64,000 bases of DNA from the NCBI GenBank assembly GCA_965205505.1, contig CBDBHB010000007.1, positions 288,001 through 352,000 on the forward strand. The letters are read 5' to 3'. Shown here one piece after another: positions 20,526-29,858 of the stretch. The DNA comes from Acidobacteriota bacterium. Its GTDB lineage: Bacteria > Acidobacteriota > UBA890 > WLXD01. Within the stretch, counting starts at the first letter, position 1. Every line of letters starts with the position of its first letter. Made by a program: the position numbers and the translations under genes. The notes beneath the pieces are model-generated. The model searched no databases. It was not told where the DNA came from and was given only the letters and a program-made list of their open reading frames with translations.

Positions 20526-21140
20526 TCAGGAGTCCGTGTGGTACTCCTCGATCCGGTCCCGCAGCCGCCGAATAACGTCGTCGACGGTTTCGGTCTTCAG
20601 CAGGCGGATAAAGCGGCGGTTCCAACTACGAGCGGTGTCAACGTCGTCGACGACGTAGTTGACGATCAGCCACCGGTCGTCGCGCAGCATGAGCTCGTAG
20701 TCGAGGGCAATGTCTTCGCCCTCGAAGTAGGCCAGGGTGTTGACCACCGCTTGCTCGCCGTCGATCTCCTCGTTCAGGTAGTCGAAGCGGTCCGCTCGGT
20801 AGCGGCCCACCCCCTTTATGGAACGAATGCGTAGCAAATCACCGAAGACGGTCTTCCACTCACCGCACTTCTCGCCGCTCAGCTCGTGCTCTGCACAGAT
20901 CTGATCGATCGCGCCGGTCGACATCGTTACGAAGTCGGTGACGTCGTTCATGATCTGGTAGACACGTGCCTCCCCCTCGGCATCGAGAGGGTCATGCTCG
21001 TCGAGAATGGCGGAAATCGCCTCGTTCGACGCGCGGACCGTCTCCATCGGGGTCGTGATGTTCTCCGCGGCCTGGCCAACCGCTATCACGCCCAGAAAGA
21101 GCACCGACGCCACGAGGCTAGTCGAGGACGACTTGGCCAT
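20526..21140 (-). CDS. MlaC/Ttg2D-like periplasmic lipid-binding protein
   Basis: Signal peptide; TDFVTMS, LDYELMLRDDRWLIVNYVVDDVDTARSW..RF..LL matches the MlaC C-terminal pattern. Confidence 0.7.
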   Translation of the reverse strand: MAKSSSTSLVASVLFLGVIAVGQAAENITTPMETVRASNEAISAILDEHDPLDAEGEARVYQIMNDVTDFVTMSTGAIDQICAEHELSGEKCGEWKTVFGDLLRIRSIKGVGRYRADRFDYLNEEIDGEQAVVNTLAYFEGEDIALDYELMLRDDRWLIVNYVVDDVDTARSWNRRFIRLLKTETVDDVIRRLRDRIEEYHTDS

Positions 21141-22542
21141 CAGCAATCCACTGTAGGTATGAAGAAAGGTCCCCGATAACAAAGGCCAACTCGGCCAAGG
21201 AGACCATCAACTCATATTCTCTCTTAACGACTTCCTGCTGTAAACGATAGTCTGCGCGGTATGCCTTGATGAGGGGCTGCGCCTCACCGATCCCCAGATC
21301 GAAGTCGTCGCCCGCAGACCGTAGCCAGCGACGCGTTTCCCGCCGCGTCTCACGGGCCGCGTCATGCAAAACAACGTTCTTCAGCACGGCTTCGAGGGCA
21401 CGCGCGACGTCGAGCTCGACACTCATTCGCAACGCTTGTCGGCGCGCCAGCGTGGCGTCGCGCTCGATTCTCCGACGGGCAACATCCAGGCTGTGGCGGG
21501 CAAAGTTCAGGTCCCAGCGCACATTCACCGCAGCTCCGACGCGTGTGAAGTTGAACTCGTCGTAGGCAAACGGATTTTTCTGATCGTCGCGCGCCGACGA
21601 GCGCGCGTAGCCGAACCCGCCACCGATCAGGATGAACGGCCAGCGATTGCTCTGGCTCAGCCCAATGGCCTCGTCGAGCGCGCCGGCGGTAGCGGCAAGG
21701 GCGCGGAGCTGCGGATTACGCTCCATGGCCGCCGCCTGCAGGGCCGGCAGCGCGGCGCGGGCAAGAGCCACCTGCGGCATCCCATCGTCCCTGAGCTCAA
21801 AGGCATTGCTGCTGTCAAAGCCCATCAGCTTGCCGAGCGCCTCGCGCAGCAGCCGCTCGGTCTGACTTGCCTCCAGGTAGACCGCTTCGACGTCGTACTT
21901 GCCGGCGCGGATTTCCCAGACATCGTTGGGGTCGATATCGCCTGTGTCGAGCTTTTGGTCGGCCTGCTCGACAAGCTCGTCGTAGGAACTGCGCATGTCG
22001 TCCGCGATACCGAAGGCGCGGCCGGCTGACAGCGCCCCCCAATAGGTTCGGATGACCTCCCTCGACAGCTCGTCGCGGGCCCGCTGGCTCTCCGATGCCT
22101 TGGCCTCCACCACTCCACGCGCTGCCGCCGTTCCATGTCGCTGTCGCCCGAATCCGTACACCGGAATGGCAAACCCGATCTGGCCTCTGAAGAACGGGCC
22201 GAGGTCGTTCAGGTCGCTGGATGTATCGGGGGAATTGAAGATGTCGCCGCGCGCACCGGGAACCACACCCGAGTAGCTGTCCAGCTGTACTTCCGGCAGC
22301 GACCAGAAGCTCTGCCATTGGTCGAGGTCAACTTCGGCGCGAGCCACGTCCAGTCGGTAAGCTCGCATCAGCGGGTTGGAGTCCACCACCCTCGCCAGCA
22401 CGGCAGCAAGACCGAGACGCACGGTGGTACCCGCGGCTGGCTGCGTCTCCTGTCCGCTGGCGGTCGCAGCCCCCAGCAGCGTGGTCACCAACAACAGGCT
22501 GGCGGCCGGGGACAGCTGGCGCCCGTGGGGCTCGGCGCGCAT
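21118..22542 (-). CDS. TolC family outer membrane efflux protein
   Basis: Signal peptide; NPLMRA and NPQLRA repeats, IPVYGFG, long helices, FDLGIG. Confidence 0.75.
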   Translation of the reverse strand: MRAEPHGRQLSPAASLLLVTTLLGAATASGQETQPAAGTTVRLGLAAVLARVVDSNPLMRAYRLDVARAEVDLDQWQSFWSLPEVQLDSYSGVVPGARGDIFNSPDTSSDLNDLGPFFRGQIGFAIPVYGFGRQRHGTAAARGVVEAKASESQRARDELSREVIRTYWGALSAGRAFGIADDMRSSYDELVEQADQKLDTGDIDPNDVWEIRAGKYDVEAVYLEASQTERLLREALGKLMGFDSSNAFELRDDGMPQVALARAALPALQAAAMERNPQLRALAATAGALDEAIGLSQSNRWPFILIGGGFGYARSSARDDQKNPFAYDEFNFTRVGAAVNVRWDLNFARHSLDVARRRIERDATLARRQALRMSVELDVARALEAVLKNVVLHDAARETRRETRRWLRSAGDDFDLGIGEAQPLIKAYRADYRLQQEVVKREYELMVSLAELAFVIGDLSSYLQWIADGQVVLD

Positions 22543-22828
22543 GGAGTCTCCTGTACGGATCTGGCTAGAGGATCAGTTCATGGTTAAGCGTAGCATCGCG
22601 CCGCGCAGCAGCAGAGTTCGGCAGCTTCGGCAGCTTGCCACCTCGCGTGTGCCACACGCCGTGGCACGAGCCGGGGCTTGACGCATGCGAACCCTTCCTA
22701 GAGCCTTGAAAGATGAGCCGCGCATTTCCGGCGCGATCGACCCCCGTCACGGCCGTTAGCGGGCATCGCCTGTCTGCCGCTTGCGCTGTCGGCTGGTCGT
22801 ACGACAAGCCTGCCCAACCCATGCGCCC

Positions 22829-25270
22829 GTGACCGACAAGCTGCAAATCCAGCGTCGCACCGCTCGCGAGAGCACGATCTTCTACCGGGGGATCATCGCG
22901 GTCTGCCGCTGGTCGCATCGGTTGGCTTTCCTGTGGGTCGGGCTGACCGTGCTGCTCACTGTTCCGGCGTTCATGCGCGCGCGCACTCTCGGCCTCGACT
23001 CCGACCTGACGCGGCTCCTGCCACAGGACAGCCCGGCGGTGCAGTGGAGTCGTGACTTGGAGCCACTGGTCGGCGACGGCGGGTACTTCAGCCTCATCTT
23101 CGAGCACGGCGACCCCGAATCGCTACAAACGGCAGTCGATCAAACGGTGGCGCGATTGCAATTGCTCGAAGAGATCACCGATATCAACCACCGCTATCCG
23201 ACCGAGTTTGTCGAGCGCTACCGCTATGGGCTCGTGCCTTCCGATCAGCTCGAGACGGCCATCGAGACGATCGAGGACTGGGAAGCAGAGGTAAACCCGT
23301 TCCTCGACGATCTCGACGATTCGGCAAGCGAGGAGGAATCCGACCTCGAGCGCATCGTGCGGCTGTACAGCGAGCTGCCCGAGTACCACCGTGACGCCGA
23401 CGACACGATGTACGGAGTGATCCTGAGGACCAGCGAAGGTCTGACCGACCTGACGGGGTTGCGAAACCTTTACCAGCGCATAGATGGAATCGCCGGCGAG
23501 GCGGCGGAGGCCGCTGGGGTGGTCGTCTCCATCGGCGGCTCGCTGCGCACGCGGGTGGAGGAGTTCGACGTCATCATTTCCGACGTCACCCGAACTGGCG
23601 CGGTAGCGGCAGCGGCTATTCTGTTGATGCTGGCGATCAGCTTCCGGTCGGTGCGCGTGCTGCCGGTGCTGCTGTATCCGATCGCGGCCGGCTTGATATG
23701 GGCGTTCGCCTTCGTGCCCGATCTGGTCGGCGATCTCAACACCATCACCTCGTTCCTGCTGATGGTGTTGTTCGGCATGGGGGTCGACTATTCCATTCAC
23801 CTGGTGAAGCGCTTCCGACACGAAATCCTCAGCCAGACACCCGAGGTCGCGCTCGCCGAGACATTCACCTCTACCGGACGCTCGGTCTTCACCTCGGGGC
23901 TTACGACGTCGTTCGGGCTGTTCATCCTGGCGGTATCGGACTTCCGAGGCTTCTCGGACTTCGGGCTGATCGGCGGTACGGCGATCCTGGTGGTGACCGC
24001 GTGCATGCTGTTGGTCATGCCGGCAACGTTGAGCGCCGGTCATCGACTCGGGCTGGTTACGCCGAGCGCCCCCCGCTATCCGAGTGCTCGGCTCGCAATC
24101 CCTCCAAGCTGGTCGGCAGCTTTGCTGAGCACGCTGGTGATCGTCTCGGCCTATGCCTCGGCGTTCCTGCTCGAGTTCGACTACGACTTCGCCAACTTCA
24201 GCGCCAACCTCGAGGAGCTCGACGCGATCCGCGACAAACAGGAAGAGGTGTACCCGATCTTCTTCGGGCCCTCGGCGATCTACGTCGCACAGGACCTCGA
24301 GGCGCTCGACGAGATGCTGGCGTTGATCGCCAGCGCCGCGGCGGAACCGGGGTCGGTGATCGGGCGAGTCGCGAGCGTGCGTGACTTCGCCCCCGATGAG
24401 GCCGAGGTGCAGTTGCGACGCGACTCCTTGGAGCTGATCCAGGAGATGCTCGCTCGGCGATGGGTACGCCGCGTCGAGGACCCGGAACGCATCCGTGTCA
24501 TCGAGGATGTGCTCGGCTTCGAGATGCCAGACCGCTTGCCGCAGGTCGACGACCTGCCGGACTCGGTGCTGCAAGACATGGTCACGCTGGACGGCTCCGG
24601 CGCCTACATCCTGGGACTGCACGCCACCGGTCCGGGTAAGGACGGCATCATCACAATGCGTTTCACGCGCGAGCTCTACGACCTGGAGATGCCCGACGGC
24701 ATCCTCGGTCCGACGGGCGACAAGCCGGTACTGGCTGAGATTCTCTGGCTGGTTACGCGCGAGGGACCTCTCATCGTCGTCCTGACGTTCCTCGGGGTGT
24801 TCATTCTGGTGGTCATCGACCGTCGCGACGTGAACCAGGCGGCCTGGGTGCTGGTACCACTGGTGGCCAGCCTGCTTTTGACCTTCGGCGCCGTGATCGC
24901 TCTCGGATGGCGGGTGAACTTCTTCAATATGGTCGTGCTGCCAACGCTGCTCGGTCTCGGAGTGGATCACGGAGTGCACTACTACCGCCGCTGGCGAGAG
25001 CTCGAAGGCGATACGGCCGCAACTCAACTGGAGCTCTTCGAGCCGATCACCGTAGCAACGTTGACGACAATCATGGGGTACGCCGGGATGGCTTTCGCAC
25101 ATCATCCCGGGTTGCGCTCGATCGGCCTGCTGGCGGTCGTCGGGTTGCTGTGCACCTGGTTAACAGCTGTGGTGTTGCTGCCCGGCTTGCTCGTCTGGCA
25201 TCGCGACATAAGCAACGGCACCAAAGGCGAGGGGGCCCTCGCCGACGCCGACGTGCCTCTCGACGCCTAG
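22829..25270 (+). CDS. MMPL/RND family transporter (HpnN-like architecture)
   Basis: Two repeats with GMGVDYSIHL and GLGVDHGVHY; LDSDLTRLLP; SDFRGFSDFG; about 12 TM segments. Confidence 0.85.
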   Translation: MTDKLQIQRRTARESTIFYRGIIAVCRWSHRLAFLWVGLTVLLTVPAFMRARTLGLDSDLTRLLPQDSPAVQWSRDLEPLVGDGGYFSLIFEHGDPESLQTAVDQTVARLQLLEEITDINHRYPTEFVERYRYGLVPSDQLETAIETIEDWEAEVNPFLDDLDDSASEEESDLERIVRLYSELPEYHRDADDTMYGVILRTSEGLTDLTGLRNLYQRIDGIAGEAAEAAGVVVSIGGSLRTRVEEFDVIISDVTRTGAVAAAAILLMLAISFRSVRVLPVLLYPIAAGLIWAFAFVPDLVGDLNTITSFLLMVLFGMGVDYSIHLVKRFRHEILSQTPEVALAETFTSTGRSVFTSGLTTSFGLFILAVSDFRGFSDFGLIGGTAILVVTACMLLVMPATLSAGHRLGLVTPSAPRYPSARLAIPPSWSAALLSTLVIVSAYASAFLLEFDYDFANFSANLEELDAIRDKQEEVYPIFFGPSAIYVAQDLEALDEMLALIASAAAEPGSVIGRVASVRDFAPDEAEVQLRRDSLELIQEMLARRWVRRVEDPERIRVIEDVLGFEMPDRLPQVDDLPDSVLQDMVTLDGSGAYILGLHATGPGKDGIITMRFTRELYDLEMPDGILGPTGDKPVLAEILWLVTREGPLIVVLTFLGVFILVVIDRRDVNQAAWVLVPLVASLLLTFGAVIALGWRVNFFNMVVLPTLLGLGVDHGVHYYRRWRELEGDTAATQLELFEPITVATLTTIMGYAGMAFAHHPGLRSIGLLAVVGLLCTWLTAVVLLPGLLVWHRDISNGTKGEGALADADVPLDA

Positions 25271-25312
25271 TGCTCCTGATCATAAGTACGGTGACGTTTG
25301 CAGGAGCACTAG
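25267..25312. repeat. 46-bp internally deleted copy of CTAG-bounded element (type A)
   Basis: CTAGTGCTCCTGATCATAAGTACGGTGACGTTTGCAGGAGCACTAG; the first 41 nt are identical to 31430-31470; overlaps the MMPL TAG stop. Confidence 0.9.
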
Positions 25313-25314
25313 TG

Positions 25315-25365
25315 GGTGGAAGTGTGGCGGGCCGGGTTGGGGCCAGTTGGAAGGCAGCCTGACGC
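25315..25365. repeat. Degenerate partial copy of type B element
   Basis: GGTGGAAGTGTGGCGGGC...GTTGGGGCCAGTTGGAAGGCAGCCTGACGC resembles 57161-57221 with a deletion. Confidence 0.7.
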
Positions 25366-25436
25366 TGGTGGCGTGTCGAATGCCGCTTGCTCGATTGCGG
25401 GCGATACCCCCGCCGCTTACCATCTCGTTTCCAGGT

Positions 25437-25511
25437 TGGGGCGTCGTCCAATTGGCAAGACATACGGCTCTGGACCGTAGAATCGGGGTTCGAGTCCCTG
25501 CGCCCCAACCA
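25437..25511 (+). tRNA. tRNA-Gln(CTG)
   Basis: Acceptor TGGGGCG/CGCCCCA, anticodon arm TACGG-CTCTGGA-CCGTA, GGTTCGAGTCC T-arm, encoded CCA. Confidence 0.95.
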
Positions 25512-25661
25512 CTTCACCCTCGGTCGAACTTAACTCCTACTGCAGCGCGACGGGCCGCACGGACGCGCTTGGCGGCACCGCCTCCGGCTGCCTGAGCGCG
25601 ACCGAATCCGCTTGCCGAGCTTCGGCGGCTCCCTTCGAACTGTTCCGCTGTTGAGTACGAA

Positions 25662-28652
25662 ATGATCGGTAGTCGCTGGCAACCACGATTCGCGGTCCTC
25701 ACGCTGGTCATTGCCGTCGTCGCACCGGCCATGGCGCAGGATGGCACGGAGCTCGATGCGCGCTACGGCGCCGAGATTCGTGCCCACACCACCGACGAGA
25801 AGTTCCTCACGCCCATCGTCGAAGTGCTGCCGGCCTCGAGCACCGTCCCCACGCCGCTCGACTTCCACGGTTACATCGCCGGAGCCGAGGGACACCTCAC
25901 CTACGCCGCCGACGTGCACTCGTACATGCGAGCCGTCGCCGATGCGTCGCCACGCGTACAGGTCTTTCGCATGGGAGAGACCGAGGAGGGCCGCGAGCGC
26001 GTTCTCGTAGTCGCCGGCAGCGACGAGTCGATGGCCAACCTCGATCGCTATCGCGAGATCACTGGTCGCCTCGCCGATCCCCGCCACCTGACCGACGAAG
26101 AGGCGGCCGAGCTGATCGGCCGCGGCAAGGCGATCTACTGGGCGACCGGCGGGCTTCACTCGCCTGAGACCGGCTCACCGGAGATGCTCATGGAGCTGAT
26201 CTATCGTTTCGCGGTAGACGAGCGACCCATCTTCGACGAGATTCGCGACAACTTGATCTTCATGGCCACCCCGGTCGTCGAGGTGGACGGTCGCGAGCGC
26301 ATGATCGACATCATGCGCTATCGGGCCGCCAACCCAGGCAAGGCCGCACCGAACCTCGTGTACTGGGGCAAGTACATCGCCCACGACAACAACCGCGACG
26401 GCATCGGGCTGGCGCTGACCCTCTCTCGGCAGGCCATCGACACGTACCTGCAGTGGCACCCACAGGTGATGCACGACCTGCACGAGTCGGTGCCGTTTCT
26501 CTACATCATGAGTGGCCACGGCCCGTTCAACTCCTGGCTCGACCCCATTACCACCGAGGAGTGGGTGGAGATGGCGTGGACCGAGGTGCGGAAAATGAAC
26601 GAGTGGAACGTGCCTGGTGTCTGGACGTTCAACTTCTTCGATGGCTGGGCCGCCAACTACATGATCTACGCGGCCATGGGGCGGAACTCGGTGGGCCGCT
26701 TCTACGAGACGTTCGGCAATAGCGTTCCGGAAACGCAAATGCGTGAGATCGGCGGCCGGTCGCAACGTGCCTGGTACCGCATGAACCCACCCACCCCCAA
26801 GGTGCTGTGGTCGCTGCGCAACAACACCAACCTGATGCAAAGCGCGCTCGTCGTCGGGCTGCACAACGTGGCGACGAACAAGAATCGCTTTCTGGAAACG
26901 TTCTATCGGAAGGGCAAGCGCGCGGTCGAAAAGCCACAGCGCGAGGGCCCCGCAGCCTGGGTGATTCCCGCCGACGGCCCACGCCCGCGGCTCACACGGC
27001 GTCTTATCGACCTGCTGCGAGCACAGACCATCGAGCTCCACGTCGCTGCCGAGGCGTTCGAGATCGAAGCCTCGCGCCAGCCCGACGACAGCGAGACGGT
27101 GCAGTTCGCCGCCGCCGACATCATCGTGCGCATGGATCAGCCCTACAGCCGGCTCGCCGACATGCTGCTCGACTACCAGTACTACAACCCCAGCGACCCC
27201 CGACCCTATGACGACACCGGCTGGTCGCTCGGCCCGCTTTTCAACGTCGACACCTACCGCGTGAAGGACATCGCGGTGCTCGATGTCAGCATGACGGCGC
27301 TCGACGACGCCGCTCCGGAGGGCGGAATCTCCGGTGACGGGTCGACCCTCGTGCTTGCAGCCACCGGCGAGCCCGAGGTGGCGAGCTTCCGCTTCGCCCT
27401 TGCCGACCTGCAGATGAGCGCCGCCGAGGACGAGTTCACCATCGGCGAGGCGACCTATCCGGCGGGCAGCATGCTGATCGACGGCAGCGACCCGGAAGTG
27501 CGACGGCGGGCGGCCACCGCGGCATCCGAGCTCGGCTTGCTACTGAGCGCCGTCTCCTCGACGCCGGAGGTCGTGGCGCACGACATGCCGGTACCGCGGA
27601 TCGGCCTGGTCCACACCTGGATCAACACTCAGAGCGAAGGCTGGTGGCGGTATGCATTCGACGACGCCGGCGTTCCTTATGAGTACATCTCGACCGACGC
27701 CATCGGCGAAACCGACAATCTGAACGAGCGCTGGGACGTGCTCGTCATGGCCCCGGGTTGGGGCAACGTCGACCGCCTAGTGCAGGGAGCTCGCAGCAAT
27801 CAGCCGATCGCCTGGAAGTCTACCGAGACGACACCCAACCTGGGCCGCATTGACTCCACCGACGATATGAGCGCGGGCATCGGATTCGACGGCGTGGCCA
27901 AGATCCAGCGCTTCGTCGAGCACGGCGGCGTCATCATTGCAGCCACCAGCTCCGTCGGATTCCTGACGCAGACCGGCATCGCGCCCTACGTGCGGATAGA
28001 TGACACCCCCTCCGACATGAAGGCTCGCGGCGCCCTGTTCAGCGCCAAGATCACCGACGAGCTCAGCCCCATCGCCTACGGTTACGATGAGAACATGGCG
28101 GTGTACTTCAGCAACGCTCCGTTGCTGCGCGTGAACGCCGCGCCCAGCGGCTTCGGCGGTGGCGGGGGCAACGGAGACGAGCGCGCTTCCGGCCGGCGGG
28201 GCGAGGACGCGGTTCCAGGTCATTCGCCATACGTAGACCCGGAAGGTGAGGCGGATGATCCGCAAGGTGAGGCGGCCGATCCGGAAGGCGAGGCGGACGA
28301 GGCGGAAGGCGAGGCGGATGATGAAGATGCCGACGAGGAGCTCTACTTCGACGACGGCCAGGATCTCAGTGATCGCATGCGCCTGCTGGCGGGCCATCTG
28401 GTTCCGGCGCCCGATCACGTTCCCCGTGTCGTGATGCGCTTCCATGATTCCAGCAGCGAGCTGCTGATCTCGGGATTGCTCGGCAACGGGGGCGCGCTGG
28501 CGTCGCGACCGGCGATCATCGACGTCCCGGTGGGCGACGGCCATGCGGTCTTGTTTGCCATCAACCCGATGTGGCGTAATCAAACCCACGGGCAGTACGG
28601 ATTGGTACTCAACACGCTGTTACACTTCGCGGCTCTCGACGCCGGGAGATAA
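25662..28652 (+). CDS. M14 family zinc carboxypeptidase-like secreted protein
   Basis: Signal peptide; LHSPETGS, DGRER, HDNNRD, HDLHES zinc motifs; C-terminal GATase-like segment. Confidence 0.85.
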   Translation: MIGSRWQPRFAVLTLVIAVVAPAMAQDGTELDARYGAEIRAHTTDEKFLTPIVEVLPASSTVPTPLDFHGYIAGAEGHLTYAADVHSYMRAVADASPRVQVFRMGETEEGRERVLVVAGSDESMANLDRYREITGRLADPRHLTDEEAAELIGRGKAIYWATGGLHSPETGSPEMLMELIYRFAVDERPIFDEIRDNLIFMATPVVEVDGRERMIDIMRYRAANPGKAAPNLVYWGKYIAHDNNRDGIGLALTLSRQAIDTYLQWHPQVMHDLHESVPFLYIMSGHGPFNSWLDPITTEEWVEMAWTEVRKMNEWNVPGVWTFNFFDGWAANYMIYAAMGRNSVGRFYETFGNSVPETQMREIGGRSQRAWYRMNPPTPKVLWSLRNNTNLMQSALVVGLHNVATNKNRFLETFYRKGKRAVEKPQREGPAAWVIPADGPRPRLTRRLIDLLRAQTIELHVAAEAFEIEASRQPDDSETVQFAAADIIVRMDQPYSRLADMLLDYQYYNPSDPRPYDDTGWSLGPLFNVDTYRVKDIAVLDVSMTALDDAAPEGGISGDGSTLVLAATGEPEVASFRFALADLQMSAAEDEFTIGEATYPAGSMLIDGSDPEVRRRAATAASELGLLLSAVSSTPEVVAHDMPVPRIGLVHTWINTQSEGWWRYAFDDAGVPYEYISTDAIGETDNLNERWDVLVMAPGWGNVDRLVQGARSNQPIAWKSTETTPNLGRIDSTDDMSAGIGFDGVAKIQRFVEHGGVIIAATSSVGFLTQTGIAPYVRIDDTPSDMKARGALFSAKITDELSPIAYGYDENMAVYFSNAPLLRVNAAPSGFGGGGGNGDERASGRRGEDAVPGHSPYVDPEGEADDPQGEAADPEGEADEAEGEADDEDADEELYFDDGQDLSDRMRLLAGHLVPAPDHVPRVVMRFHDSSSELLISGLLGNGGALASRPAIIDVPVGDGHAVLFAINPMWRNQTHGQYGLVLNTLLHFAALDAGR
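28236..28319 (+). repeat. 4 x 21-bp intragenic tandem repeat encoding acidic heptads (DPEGEAD-like)
   Basis: GACCCGGAAGGTGAGGCGGAT / GATCCGCAAGGTGAGGCGGCC / GATCCGGAAGGCGAGGCGGAC / GAGGCGGAAGGCGAGGCGGAT. Confidence 0.85.
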
Positions 28653-28671
28653 CGAACAGAGGGACGAATCG

Positions 28672-28908
28672 ATGGCACACATCACCGTTTACAGCAGCCC
28701 TAGCTGAGCACCGTGCAAACAAGCGAAGGAGTTTCTTTCGCAGAAGGGAGTCGAATTCGACTCCATCGACATCACGACCCTCGACGACGCGTTCGGTACG
28801 CTACGGGCTATCACGGGCGGCCCGGTGGCGACGCCGACGGTGGTGATTGGTGATGAGTTCCGCGTCGGCTTCGCACCCGCCTGGATCGAGAAGCATCTAT
28901 CCGAATAG
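28672..28908 (+). CDS. Glutaredoxin/NrdH-like redoxin, putative selenoprotein (UxxC; TGA 28705-28707)
   Basis: Hand translation: MAHITVYSSPS-U-APCKQAKEFLSQKGVEFDSIDITTLDDAFGTLRAITGGPVATPTVVIGDEFRVGFAPAWIEKHLSE. GAGGG RBS. Absent from the ORF track. Confidence 0.85.
28723..28741 (+). promoter_or_regulatory. Candidate bacterial SECIS hairpin
   Basis: GCGAAGGA-GUU-UCUUUCGC: 8 pairs, GU in the loop, 15 nt after UGA. Confidence 0.6.
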
Positions 28909-29018
28909 CCGGTAACTTTCCGGCCCTGGAGACCAAACACCCTGAGACGGGCCGTGGCCGCAGTAGCACGCCACGCCCGGGTCGTGAGACTGAGCTTCCT
29001 CGAGCCAGGAGTACCGAA

Positions 29019-29858
29019 ATGCACCGTTTCGTCGCAATTGCCGCACTCGTCGTCATCGCCACCGGCGGTAGCGGTATCGGTGTGGGCGAGTTGGCGGCCG
29101 CCGGGACGCTAGCCTCCGACGACGATCTGTACGCGCCGTGGGCGCGGGTGCTCGCCGGCTATGTCGACGATGAGGGGCTGGTGGACTATGCCGGACTGAA
29201 GGCCGCCGGGTTCGCTGATCTCGAGGCGTTCATGACAGCGATCGCCGCCGTCGACCCGACCTCGTTCACCAACGACACGGAGCGTATGGCGTTCTGGATC
29301 AATGCCTACAACGCCGTGGTGATCTGGGGGGTCGTGGAACGCTACCCGCTCGAGAGCGTGCGCGATGTCGGGGCCTTGTGGGGACTGATCGGCGGCTTCT
29401 TCAAGCAGAAGTATCCGGTGGCCGGCGACCAAATGAGCCCCGACAATATCGAGCACGATACGCTTCGCGCGAAATTCGACGACGAGCGCATTCACTGGGC
29501 GCTGGTCTGCGCTGCGTTCGGCTGTCCTCGGCTGCTGAACGAACCGTATCGAGCCGAGAATCTCGACGAGATGCTCGGGCAACAGTCGTACGAGTTCCTG
29601 CGACAGCCGCGGGCACTGCAACTCGACCGCGATTCGGGCACGTTGTACCTGACGAAGTACTTCGACTGGTACGAAGGCGACTTCGAGATGGTCGCGGAAG
29701 ACGTGGTCGACTACGTGCTCCGATACGCCCCCGACGCCGACGCGGCGTATATCCGCGAGCATCGCGACACGTTACGCGTGAAGATCATGGGCTACGACTG
29801 GACGCTCAACGACCAGCCGAGCGGGCCTAGGAGTCGGCGGCCCGTGCCGCGCGACTGA
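29019..29858 (+). CDS. DUF547 domain secreted protein
   Basis: GLVDYAGL, MAFWINAYNA, IEHDTLR, RIHWALVCAAFGCPRL, KYFDWYEGDF, YDWTLN. Confidence 0.9.
   Translation: MHRFVAIAALVVIATGGSGIGVGELAAAGTLASDDDLYAPWARVLAGYVDDEGLVDYAGLKAAGFADLEAFMTAIAAVDPTSFTNDTERMAFWINAYNAVVIWGVVERYPLESVRDVGALWGLIGGFFKQKYPVAGDQMSPDNIEHDTLRAKFDDERIHWALVCAAFGCPRLLNEPYRAENLDEMLGQQSYEFLRQPRALQLDRDSGTLYLTKYFDWYEGDFEMVAEDVVDYVLRYAPDADAAYIREHRDTLRVKIMGYDWTLNDQPSGPRSRRPVPRD

Noticed and set aside
22605-22640. Short GGCAGCTT/GCAGCA repeats in the tolC-mmpL divergent region
   Set aside because: Too short and GC-rich to distinguish from chance.
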